Origin: Octopus sinensis
Lineage: Eukaryota
DNA length: 64,000 bases
Reading direction: 5' to 3'
Assembly: GCF_006345805.1 (NCBI RefSeq)
Contig: NC_043005.1
Span: 99,634,001-99,698,000, forward strand
Shown: in pieces, positions 24,208 through 36,439 of the stretch
Position numbering within the stretch: the stretch's first letter is position 1
Layout: each line of letters opens with the position of its first letter
Program-made: the position numbers and the translations under genes
Notes under the pieces: model-generated
What the model was told of the DNA's origin: nothing
What the model saw: only the letters and a program-made list of their open reading frames with translations
Database searches by the model: none

Positions 24208-24529
24208 ATGGCTACCGAATAATTGTCACATATTACATTTACAGATAAATTCCTCTATTTACATAATATTGAAGTCTCTTTCTTTCTTTTGTTGTCTTAC
24301 CATTTTTATCAATATATATATGTTGAATTTTTGCAGTTAATAAATAACATAAATGCTACATCTCCATTTTCTGAATTTTAATTTGAATATTTATAAATCA
24401 AGATTTCTACTTAAGCTTTTTAGTTACAAATACTACTATTCACAAAAAAAAAAAAATAATAGACAATGAACTCGTAATTCATTGGATATTTTTTATCCCT
24501 TAATGAGGCTACTCTAACCTCTATTCGAA

Positions 24530-24558
<29 letters not shown>

Positions 24559-24567
<9 letters not shown>

Positions 24568-24800
24568 AAATACAAAATGGGACAAGAATGCAAAACATCC
24601 AAATAGACGATACAAAAAACACGGATGTGTCATTCGAAGCCTTTAATCTTCAGTCAAGAACTGGATCATCCTCACAATTTCGGCTGAGGACGATCTGGTT
24701 CTTGACTGAAGATTAAAGGCTTCGAATGACACATCTGTATTTTTTGTATCGTCCATTTGGATGTTTTGCATTCTTGTCCCATTTTGTATTTTATATATAT
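24559..24800. repeat. Near-perfect palindrome with ~116-bp arms and a 10-nt loop, probably PLE-tail derived
   Basis: aaaatacaaaatgggacaagaatgcaaaacatcc...ctca-caatttcggc-tgag...ggatgttttgcattcttgtcccattttgtatttt. Confidence 0.95.
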
Positions 24801-24835
24801 AGCAGCGTACGTATACTTTATACTCTTATATGTAA

Positions 24836-24882
<47 letters not shown>

Positions 24883-25279
24883 TATATATATATGTGTGTG
24901 TGTGTTAGATATACACATACACATATATACATACATGCATGCATACATATATACATATGGATTTCTACTTGTCTTGTCATTCTGGACCTACACATGGCCT
25001 ACAATCTCCAGCATTTTATTTATATTGAATAAAGAGAAGCAGAAAAGGAGATCAGTAGTTGCCTTTAATAGGATTTGAATTCAGGAGCATTAAGAAATAT
25101 TCAGTAGCATAAATTTTGTAGTTCTGTGTACTTGTTTCACTGCCATATCTTCATCGTTCATCTGATTTTAGTGCGTAGATTTGTTCATGCAAATACATGC
25201 ATCCATAGCAGATGCATGCAGCTGTAAATATTTACTTTATATGAAGACACACATAAATCATTCATCACACAGAATGGTG

Positions 25280-25317
<38 letters not shown>

Positions 25318-27903
25318 GAACAACAACAGTGACAGCAGCATTAACCACAAAAATTTATCAGATCAGGTTGAAATATTTCTCATCAAAGTTTTATCATTTC
25401 TGTGAATATACACATCAGTGCATGCATGAATCTAAGCAGTGTATCTTGATGTGTGTGCTCAAAGTCAGTGTGTCTATGCATGTATCGACATCAGTGTGTA
25501 TTAGCAATGTCCATTTAGAAAGTTCATCCAACATAAAGTAGTACTTCATATTCCAATCATAGAACTTCCGTAGCTAACTCCCATTTAACTTCCTTCATTA
25601 AATATCAAACGTTTAGAAGCAATTTCTCAAAGAAATGAATATATTTTTCATTAAGTCTCCATTCTAGAAAATATGAACTACAAAGATTATACTTTTTGTT
25701 TCTTTTTAAGAATTTATTTAAATATTTTAGTTTTCAGTTCTTTATATGTTTTCTCCTTTTCTGTTTCTCATTTTCCCCCTTTATTATATTCGATAATATA
25801 TTATTAAAACATTTATGTATTTATTAATTTTTGATAATTTGGAAATTTTTCCCAGGTAATTTAGAACCATTCACAAACAGAGAGAAACACAGAAGAATAG
25901 ATAACTTTATGAAAATATATATAAAATAATTTCTCTTCTTCATAGTCGTAGTCAATTGTTTTAAAAAGACAAAAGAAAAGCAAAACCTAAAAACAAAAAA
26001 AAAACAAAAGCTGAGAAACTCTTGGTAAAAACTACACCCCTGCTTCCATCACATCTTCTGATCAACCAACAAACACTATCACTAGGACAATCTTCCCAAC
26101 TCTGTTAAAACATTAAAATCTCTTTGTTTTCTCATAATTTTAATTTTGCTTTGGATAATTGAGATTTTGCATTTATTTATTATTTCATATTATATTATTA
26201 TTTTTTACTCTCTAAAACCATGAAGTGATTTCATAAAAAAAAGATAAAAAATAAAAAATAATAATAAATATAAAAAATACAATTTTCAAACAATAAGAAG
26301 TAAAAATGTAATCTTTTCAGGATAATATTAATGGAAAATTCTATTATGAAATCTTTGACTAAAAGCATATTCCTTTGTTGTCCTCTTTATACATTGTAAC
26401 TGTTAGAACTAATAGATATATTTTTTTTTATTTGACTAAGCACATGACCAATTTTCATTGTGTCAGAGTGAGTTATATCTAATTAAATAGACCTCAGTAT
26501 ATTACAGGTACATATTTTTATTTACCCCCCCCCCCCCACCAAATATAAAAATACATGGAAAAAATACAATATTGTTCTATTAGCACAAAATTACAGAACC
26601 ATAGCTAAAACAAAGTCACTGTGTTCTATTTGGGAGTATGAAAAGATTTGGTAATTTTCGATGATATCTGGTTCTGTTTGTATGGTCATCTCCATATCAA
26701 TACCTAATCATTTGCTCACCTGGTGAAATTCTGTATAGGATGATCTTCTCACCTACATCATCTATTGCACTGACTATCAACCATCATATGCCTATTTCTG
26801 GTGGAACATTTTTCACTTTCACTTTCATCAGTTTTTCCCCTATGTAGGAAGGAATGAGCAAAACCACTCAGCCTTTAGAAAATGATAGAGTCCTTGCCTT
26901 TTTATTGAGAGGCAAAACTCATCTCTTATTCCAGTATGCTTGCCACAAGAGGAGCAACTTTCATAACTCTATATGCTTCTCCGGCACATTTATCATTAAG
27001 TTTGAAACATGAACAGCTTTCCTGTTGATGCATCTGTTAACATTACCTAACACTCGTATATCAGAGCCAACAAAAATATGTATCAGCCATCTTCCTTTAC
27101 AAATATTACAGGTCCTTCGAAATAAGTAACTGTCTTCTGGTATAACTGAGTTGTTTGAGACAGTTTTGCAATATTTAATATTGATTATTGTTTGCATTGC
27201 TGTCACAGTGATGACGTTGCTATTGGTGATGCTGTTGTGGAAGTGGCTAAAGTCATTGTTGTTGTTGTGGTGGTGATACACCTGTGTCCCTGGTGCATTG
27301 TTGTTGCTTGTAGTTACTTGACTGGGATGTGTCAGGTAACAAGGAAGGGCCACAATTTTGAAGGGGGAACACATTGTACTCTTAGAGGCAGTTCATTCAT
27401 TTTGGTCTCCATTTGACACCTAGCTCTCACCTGTGGTTCCAAGTACATGTTTGCATGCAATGGCAGCCACACTCTGGTAAACCACTTTGACTGATGAACC
27501 AAGTAAAACGAGGGTAGCCATTGGGTGAGTAACTCTGTGAATTAGGGCCTGCTTACCTATGCATATGAAAACTGAATCCAGCAGACTTTGTGGAAGAAAC
27601 CTTTATGGCTTAACAGAGAGGCAATGCATTATGGGGTGAGGAGAGCAAGATGAAGCAAGCATGACATCTTGGTCATCCCCTGCATTCATCTCCATCCCAG
27701 TCACATTGACCTGGTCGGGCCACTGGATTGAAGATGGTCATGGACAAGAGAGTGAGGTTGGTGATGTGCAGCTCTTCTTCACTTGATACAAAGTCACCGC
27801 ACAAATCACCAGTCATTAGAATGACTAAATGGTTATTGTTGCCCCAATGGATGAATATGTGTACTTGACTTAGAAGGTTTCAGACATGGGTATTCTTCAT
27901 TTA

Positions 27904-28135
27904 AGGCGGCGAGCTGGCAGAAACGTTAGCACGCTGGGCGAAATGCTTTGCAGTATTTCGTCAGTCTCTACGTTCTGAGTTCAAATTCCGCTGAGGTCGA
28001 CTTTGCCTTTCATCCTTTTGGGGTCGATTAAATAAGTACCAGTTACGCACTGGGGTCGATATAATCGACTTAATCTGCTTGCCTGTCCTTGTTTGTCCTC
28101 TCTCTCTTTAGCCCCTCGTGGGTAATAAAGAAATG
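27904..28135 (+). mobile_element. Full-length SINE family A with 16-bp TSD
   Basis: atgggtattcttcatt at 27886-27901 and 28133-28148. Confidence 0.92.
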
Positions 28136-28776
28136 GGTATTCTTCATTGAAGTTGCCTTAACCCCATTAGTCTTGTTACTCTTTCCAGTGTTGTTGTTCT
28201 TGCCGCTGTTTAACTGATGTTGTCATTGTGGTTATGTCTTTTTGCCTTATCGGTAAATTGATTCAAAGCAGACAACAGCAAATTTTCTTTAATGTAATCT
28301 GTCATTGTCATAGAAACAACACAACTATTTCTAATAGCAGACATTGACACATACCTTTGTGTGTGTGCGTTTTCTCTCTCTCTTTGTTTCAATTAAGTAA
28401 TCTTTCACTCCTTGTGTGTTATTTGTTCCCAGTGAATGTTATTTCTCCAAAGGGATTCATGTTTATTTTTCAAGAAATACAGACGATTTCACAAAACAAA
28501 ATTTTAAATTTGATAGCTTGCATGTTATGGAAGATGAAGATCATGCAAAATAGAGAAACTGCCCCCAAAAATAAGCAGGTTCATTTCTCTGTGTAAGTGA
28601 CAAAAAAAATTCTGTAACCAGATACATACCAATTTGGTAAAACAATGTAAAGATTCTGAGATCTTACATAGCTGAGATTGAATGTGTTTTTCCCAATAAT
28701 GTCAATGATTATAATAATAATAATAATGATAATAATAATAATGATAATAATAACAATAATAATAATAATAATAATA

Positions 28777-29335
28777 AATGCCCTGATACAGTGCCAGGCA
28801 GTGGCTCTCATGGCTTCTGACCTTAACTGATTGGAAGTGTTATCATATACATTGTTTTGTCTTAGTATAAAAGATGGGTTACAGCAAATATTCAGCTCAA
28901 TGCCAGATTTGCTTGTCAGTTGTTTGACCATAACCAGTTGAGCATGTCCCTTAGTGGCTGACGATATGTGCATCTCTGATCACAAGCAGAAGTAATGGGG
29001 GAGCATCATAAAGCCAGTGTTGAGAGGGATTCTTTGGGGTTTGAATAATTCACCTTTGGAAACATGGGGGTTTCGTTCAACATCTTTAAACAATCCTTAT
29101 TCAGGGACCGTTTGAGCGGGATGGGCTACTTGACCAGATGGAAATTCTGACTGGGCTCCACCTGCAAGGTCATGTGCTGTTTATCTTGATATGAGATCAC
29201 CATGTTGTGCACATATGGTTGTGGTGCATATGCCTAGTGTACCCTTATGAGACCGGTAATCATGATGGGTATACTGGGCTTCGTATATTTTACCCCAGTG
29301 TCAATTTGATGGCATGCACTGCTCTCTCACTCAAT
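28777..29335 (-). mobile_element. Unclassified non-coding retroposon with (ATT)n tail
   Basis: A GC-richer ~560-bp block ending on the minus strand in cagggcattt(att)n; no coding motifs were found. Confidence 0.4.
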
Positions 29336-29687
29336 AATGATGATGATAATGATAATGATAATAATAATGTAAAAAAGGCATTGGAGGGGCAGAGCATAAC
29401 CTGTACACACACAAGGATAAAATAGAATTTGATTTAATAAATATATTCTTAGATGAATTCCTATTTCAATAAAATAACATCATCATGTATATCATAATCA
29501 TCCCCATCGTTTAACGTCCACCTTCCATGCTGGCATGAGTGGGATGGTTTGACAGGAGCTGACCAGGCACCAAACGTCTGAGACTGCACCAAACTTCTGA
29601 GACTGTTTTTGCAGGATTTTTACAGCTGGATGCCCTTCCTAACATTCACTCAACAATATATATATATATATATATATTTTCTTATTT

Positions 29688-29722
<35 letters not shown>

Positions 29723-29726
<4 letters not shown>

Positions 29727-29830
29727 AAATGTAATATGAGACAATTATTTGGTAGCCATGATAAAACTCTGAGTTTTGGATGTCCGGGTGGAAATCCACG
29801 CCCCCATCTCTTCAGTTATCCAGCCATCAG
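29723..29830 (-). mobile_element. Single copy of the PLE-like tail found in the 24016 palindrome; hammerhead inactivated
   Basis: Minus strand ggataactgaagagatg...catcCAAAActcagagttttatc; GAAA has become AAAA, consistent with CpG decay. Confidence 0.8.
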
Positions 29831-30760
29831 AAGAAATGCTATGAAAATGACTGTTAAAACAAAGGAGAATTACTGTGTGATTGACTGTTATTAAGACAAA
29901 AGAGTTATTTGAATGACCTGGAAAGTTTGTGAGGAACCCATTGAGCCAATATATATATATATATGTATGCATACACACACACACACATATATATGACGAC
30001 TATGTATTCTGTGTATTTTCGACCTCATCAGTTCTAAGTATGGGGAGACAACCAGTGTCAGTAATTGAACTCCTCAGTCAGAACATATATCAACTCACAA
30101 ACACATCAAAAATAAAGAGATTGACTGAAAACTGCTAAATAAAAGCATCAAAAAATTGAGTATATTATCTGGAATTGGTAATCTAGGAATCTAATACTAA
30201 TACTGCAACCACCAATACCATCACTTGATTAACAATCAGTGTGTGTGATTTTGTTGCTATGCATCATTATCACCAACCACTTGAATAGTATCACCATCAA
30301 CTAATTTTAAGTCATCCCCTGGATACATTCTATCCATCTCCGGCTGATATTTATCAGAATGTAATATATAAGTTGCAGTATCTCATCAGTTTTAAATAAT
30401 CTATGTCTTTGTGTTGTAAACAAAGTCTGCTAGAAGTGTTCAGCTGCCATGAGCTCTGTGGTTGAAAAATTGGAAAAACCTATTCAAAACAACCACTAAA
30501 ATAGCAACGTTTGTGAGAAGACATTTGTAAACAGCCTAATTCTGTGCTGACAATCTATCTTTATTTAGAATGGCCAATCGGTTTTTAATTTGACTGGATT
30601 TTAATGTGGAGTTAACCAATTCCAGCTATATTGGAATACTGGCAGAATGTCAAGTCTGAAACTTCTGGTAAACAGGGAACATTGTCTGAGCAGGTTGATG
30701 CAGATGCCATGGTATATTTTCCATATGTCATTCAAGTTAAGCTATGTGTCTGTGTTCATA

Positions 30761-30806
<46 letters not shown>

Positions 30807-31243
30807 AATATAGATATGCCTGTGACATATGAAAGATACTCATGCTGATGACATGTAAAAAGCACTTGTGCAGGTGACACATAAAAGGTACCCATGCTGG
30901 TGACGCATAAAAAATACCCAGTATACTCTGTGGAGTGGTGGGCATTGTGGAGGGCATCCAGCTATAAAAACTAAGCTGAAACAGACTGGAGCCTTGTGCA
31001 GCTCTCTGGCTTACCAGCTCCAGTCAAACCATCTTACCCATGGTTTAGCAAGTTTTGTGGTACTCATAGAAAAGCTCCTTAAATGGATCAGGCTACAAAC
31101 CACAGAATAAACGAAAACAAAACAAAGGGATCTAATGTAGAGTTGGATGCAGTTGAAATCCAGCAAATCCAACATTAGGAGTGTATAAAATATACCTTCT
31201 CTCTTTCTTCATATTTCATACAGATATATATATATATTTCATA

Positions 31244-31414
31244 TAGGTGTAGGAGTGGCTGTGTAGTAAGTAGCTTGCTTACCAACTACATGGTTCTGGG
31301 TTCAGTCCCACTGCGTGGCACCTTGGGCAAGTGTCTTCTACTATAGCCTCGGGCTGATCAAAGCCTTGTGAGTGGATTTGGTAGACGGAAACTGAAAGAA
31401 TCCCATCATATATA

Positions 31415-31459
<45 letters not shown>

Positions 31460-31661
31460 GTGTGTATATATGTTTGTCCCCCCACTGTCACTTGACAACC
31501 GATGGTGGTGTGTTCATGTCCCTGTAACTTAGTGGTTTGGCAAAAGACACCGATAGAATAAGTACTAGGCTTACAAAGAATAAGTCCCAGGGTCAATTTG
31601 CTCAACTAAAGGTGGTGCTCCAGCATGGCCACAGTCACAAGACTGAAACAAGTAAAAGAGT
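31244..31661 (+). mobile_element. Full-length CORE-type SINE family B (further copies at about 9380-9720, 16110-16480, 20480-20810, 55090-55390, 58116-58610, 60520-60660)
   Basis: Head aggagtggctgtgtagtaagtagc, B-box ggttcagtccc, core gcaccttgggcaagtgtcttctactatagcc and tail gactgaaacaagtaaaagag. Confidence 0.92.
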
Positions 31662-31680
31662 ATATATATATATGTAAAAT

Positions 31681-31907
31681 TATAAAATAGGGTACCTGAG
31701 AGGTACCACTATACTGAAATAGCAGTCAAAACATGACCCTAAAGCCACATTAGATGTTCATATAGCACTAGGAGAGTAGACATTTGCTAGTTTATTTTGT
31801 ATCTCTGTCTACTCTCCTAGTGCTATATGAACATTTAATGTGGCTTTAGGGTCAGGTTTTGACTGCTATTTCAGTATAGTGGTATCTCTCAGGTACCCTA
31901 ATTTATA
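31681..31907. repeat. Near-perfect foldback (MITE-like) with ~102-bp arms and a 23-nt loop
   Basis: gggtacctgagaggtaccactatactgaaatagcagtcaaaac...ggagagtagaca pairs with tgtctactctcc...gttttgactgctatttcagtatagtggtatctctcaggtaccc. Confidence 0.95.
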
Positions 31908-32009
31908 ATTTTAAATAATTATTACCTTTGTAAGGTTTTCATTCTCATGGTGGCCACTTAATGAAATTGATATTTAAATATCGATCTTATCCTTATTTAT
32001 AAATATATA

Positions 32010-32480
32010 TGACAGAGTGGCTAGCCGGCTTCTGTGCCAGTGGCACTTAGAAGGCACCGTTCGAGCGTGATCATTACCAGCGTCATACTACTGGCACTCG
32101 AGCCCCGTGCTAGTAGAGTATTAAGAGCACCATCCGAGCGTGATTGTTGCCAGAGTGGCTATCTGGCCTCCATGCCGGTCGCACGTTTAAAACACCATTC
32201 TAGCATGATCATTACCAGCATCGCCTTACTGGCATCCACGCTGGTGGCATGTGTAAAATATTCGAGCAAGGTCGTTGCCAGTACCGCCTGACTGGCCCCC
32301 GTGCCTGTGGCATGTAAAAAGCACCCACTACACTCTCTAAGTGGTTGGCATTAGGAAAGGCATCTTCCAGCTGTAGAAACTCTGCCAGATCAAGATTGGA
32401 GCCTGGTGCAGCCATCTGGTTCACCAGCCCTCAGTCAAATCGTCCAACCCATGCTAGCATGGAAAGCGGACGTTAAACAA
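32010..32480 (+). mobile_element. RTE LINE 3'UTR copy (further copies at about 11040-11306 +, 30840-31045 +, 41500-41860 -, 44450-44790 -, 51720-51975 -)
   Basis: Same subunits and terminal motif gcatggaaagcggacgttaaac. Confidence 0.88.
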
Positions 32481-32714
32481 CGAATGATATATATATATAT
32501 ATAGAAAGAGAGAGAGAGGGGGTAGGGAGAGAGAAGTGGTTTATAAACATCAAAAAATATATGCATGATAATTAGGGTTCAAACAATAGGTCATTAAACT
32601 CCAATATGTCATACCATTGTAGTAAATCCAGGTGGAGGAAAGCCTAACAGGTAAATAGATACTCAGGTAAAATGATCGTTTAGAGTAGCATATTTCAATT
32701 AAAAAGCAGAATGA

Positions 32715-33110
32715 AAAGCAGAAGTTTCATAAATATCTCATAATTTAATTACACTCAATAGCTGTTTCATTAGCAATGAGCATCATTAATTCCATAATTA
32801 CTTAATTAAGATATGTATTTAATCAAATTAAATTAATTTTAATTAAATAAAGTGAAAATGATGTTTATCTCCAATTATTGAGAATATTACTGGTTACATT
32901 ATTCAGAATCTATTTCAATAATGGATTCTGATTAACACTCATAATATGCTGGCTGAATGGGGATAAACAAAATTAATTTAATCTACAATCATTTAATTAA
33001 TTAAATATCTTAATTATATATCTATGGAATTAATGATGTTTACTGCTAATGAAACAGCTGTTGAATTTAATTAAATTATGAGCTATTTGTGAAATTTATG
33101 TTTTTTCTGC
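32715..33110. repeat. AT-rich imperfect inverted repeat
   Basis: ctcaatagctgtttcattagcaatgagcatcattaattccata pairs with tatggaattaatgatgtttactgctaatgaaacagctgttgaa. Confidence 0.8.
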
Positions 33111-33277
33111 ACTTTTTCTATCTGTCTGTCTATCTGAATATGTATGTGTTTGTGAGTTTGAGTAAGTGTGTGTGTGTGTATGTATACATACATACATACA
33201 TACACACACATACATCATACATACAAAGAGAGATAAATAGATAGATAGATTGATAGACAGCTAGCTAGCTAGCTAGC

Positions 33278-33315
<38 letters not shown>

Positions 33316-33334
33316 AGACTGGAATTTATCAAAT

Positions 33335-33650
33335 ACATTCTTACGCATATTTCATTAATGAAAATGTCTGTTACTCAAGGTATTACATTACAATCAGATT
33401 GCACCATCAATTCATCAGAAATTGTATAACAAATGAAAACTTAGCCTTAATTGACTTTATATTAGTTTCACAGACTCATTGTTTCTACAGAATCTGACTT
33501 CTGCAGATTCTGTGAAAATGATGTATCTGTTGAACATAAGGTTAATTTTTCATTTTGTATATAATTTCTGATGGTCTAATGGTGCAATCTGATTATTGGG
33601 TAATACCTTGTATAGAAGGTATTTTTTATAATGAAAGATGTACAAGAATG
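33335..33650. repeat. Long imperfect palindrome centred near 33500
   Basis: caatcagattgcaccat/atggtgcaatctgatt and acagaatctg/cagattctgt. Confidence 0.8.
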
Positions 33651-34552
33651 CCTTGAGTAAGCACAAAAAACTTATTTCCATTCTTGTTAATATATATGTA
33701 TTCTGCATTTAAAACATTGACGGAAAACAGCAGCAAAAGATTTCAAAAAATAATTCTACCTCTCTTCACTAATGGATCTATAATGGAACATATGGAGGTC
33801 TAAACATTAGTTATATGTCATTCTTTGTATAACACACACACACGCACAATCATCATCATCATCATCATCGTTTTAACGTCCATTTTTCTAAGCCTGCATA
33901 GGTTGGACTGCGTTTGTTGAGGCAGATTTTCAACGGCTGGATACTCTTTCTGTTGTCAACCTTTATCTGTTTCCAAGCAAGTTTGTAGTTTCCCATGACA
34001 TTTTTTCACAGAATATTGGAAATGAATAAGACTGTTTGTACAACAGCAACGCTCAGAACTATCATGTAATATATTTTAGCTTGATGCAAGTCTGACGAAG
34101 TGCCATGCTAATGTCTGAAACTACAAACATTACATATCTTTCTACTATGAATTTTTGCATAAACTGGTGTTGCAAGCAGAGCTGATACAGAAGCAATTGT
34201 AAGGAATCATCAGAGATGTGTTAAAGAATTTCTCTATCTTATTATTTAGATTATAATTTACTCTTTATCAAACCAATACAAAGGTCTTACTAATGTAAAA
34301 CTAGGATTTTCTATAATTGAAGAATTTTGGCATTGCTCTAGAAGCCAAAAGTATTGATAACCCAGTATTTGTGTTGAGTGCTTCTCTAGAAATATCCCAC
34401 CAGGATCTAAGATATATATATACAAACACACACATATTTATATGTATTATATGTATGTATGTATGTATGTATGTATACATATATATATGAACTATATATA
34501 TATATATATAAATGTGTATATATATATATATATAAATGTATATATATATGTA

Positions 34553-34595
<43 letters not shown>

Positions 34596-34665
34596 GTATA
34601 TATATATAAATGTATATATGAGTATTTAAATGTATATATATGTGTATATATATATACATATATAT

Positions 34666-35044
34666 TACGAGCAAAACGCCCCCCCCTCCAATGGACAGTG
34701 CTGAGTTGTCAAACATTTAAACCGAATTTTCTCAAAAGAACTTGTCCGACCGTCCCATAGGCCTCCCCTTTGAGAAACACTGATTTAACCTAAATTTGGG
34801 ACACCAGCAAAAGAAGAAATAACGATAGACTTTTTTTTTCTATTCCAAAGAAAAACGATTTCCCACGGCTTTATTGATCGCATTCTCACCTGGAATCGAT
34901 TTTTGTAATTTTTTCAAGACTTATACACACCCTGATACCGTCGGTATCTACATATCAAATTTGAGCACAATCGGATGGGGGATGTCCGAGATCCTAGAAG
35001 CTACACACATACAGACAGACAGACAGAACGGATTTTATATAAGA
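34666..35044 (-). mobile_element. Non-autonomous Helitron-like element
   Basis: Minus strand starts TCTTATATAAAATCCGTTCTGTCTGTCTG. The same family occurs in + orientation at 59390-59945. Confidence 0.55.
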
Positions 35045-35508
35045 TATATATATAAGATATATATATAACAATAATATGTATGAAGAAAATCATATATTTA
35101 TTTCCGATCATGCCTTACTGATGTCTACTTGTTGAAAATTTAACAGTATTCCTTTATACTGAGTGCTTAATTGATATTTGCCAGGATTTTTTAATCCCAT
35201 TTTTTCTTATATATATATGTATGTGTGCGTGTATGTATGCATGTATGTATGTGTATGTTTGTACGCTTGTATTTATGTACATACCTGTGTAATTAAGAAG
35301 TTTGCTTTCCAGGCACATGATTTTGGGTTCAGTCCTATTGCATACAACTGGAACAAGTGTTTTCTACTACAACCCCAGGCTGAGCAAATCTTGATGGAAT
35401 TTACGTGACAAAAAACTGAGTGAGCACATATATATGTTTATATACGTATAGCATTTCTTTAATATATGCTAATGGCTGTGTGGTCTAGAAGTTTGCTTTG
35501 TAATTTTA

Positions 35509-35718
35509 TAGGAAGGAGCACTGAAAAATTCCAGGTTTTAGGTAAACGAAAATACAGGAGGATCAGTTAATTATGATTTTATTCAACATGTTCCCCTCCT
35601 CTCAGATTCACACACTTATTGTAACAGTCCTTTAGTTTTTCTCAGCCCCGTAAAAGAACTCAAAACTAGGCCTTTCATGATACCCTTACAATCAGGAACT
35701 TTTCAGTACCCCCTTGTA
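35509..35718. mobile_element. Mariner-type MITE remnant
   Basis: Left ggagcactgaaaaattccagg versus reverse complement of the right end gggggtactgaaaagttcctga. Confidence 0.55.
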
Positions 35719-36439
35719 CATTCATATGCTGATGTGTGCTGAACAAATAGACAAAGGAGTACTCAGTACACACTATAGAGTATATGGTTAACTGAAACTG
35801 AAAATTTATAACTCATCTTAAGTTTCACACTACAGCAATATTTGTATTTATATCTCTGTAATTTATTTTTAATTCTATACTAGATTCAGTTTAAATTGGG
35901 ATAAAATAATTTTTGTAAAAAATTAGATATTTCTTACATTCAATCTTCATACTTAAAATATAAATTGTTAAATAAAACAAAAATGTATAAATTAATGGTG
36001 ATAAAAAAGAAGCAAAATATTTTTTTTAAATGTAGAAAAATATTACCAAACTAAATAAAATAGAAACAATGCTATTGCCGTTTTTTTGTAAATGACGTGT
36101 TTTCTTAAGATGGTCTCATAATAGTTTAACAGCAGACAAAAATCTAAGGCAAGATTCAATCATCATCATCATCATCATCACTATGATAATCACATTCATA
36201 TATGAGTGTGGTTTATGTGTCTGGCATCATGTATTTCTATGGAAACAAACAAAAAATTTCCATTGTTAGTAGGCACTTCAGAAAAATATAATGACATCTA
36301 TTCTCTAATGATGTTTTTAATTAGCCATTGCTTTATCAAATCTGTGTGCAATCTGTTGCATAAAATGACAGCTTGATGGTGCCAGTGCTAATTTTGACAG
36401 TGTAATAATGCATTGTCATGGATATTATCCTCATGGATT

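Larger units (their letters stand above)
24016..24243. repeat. Loopless 228-bp palindrome of a PLE-like tail
   Basis: Centre is agaaaaatg|catttttct at 24129/24130; the arms are symmetric to both ends. Confidence 0.95.

Noticed and set aside
24700-24760. CTGAAGA...CGAAT in the arms of the 24559-24800 palindrome as a hammerhead
   Set aside because: GAAA is incomplete and no helix I or III could be formed.
30012-30040. CTGATGA-GGTC-GAAA on the minus strand
   Set aside because: Helix II is too short and there is no helix I or III.
34090-34140. CTGACGA...GAAA hammerhead-like motif
   Set aside because: Helix II is only partial and no NUH triplet or helix I pairing was found; at most a very decayed PLE tail.
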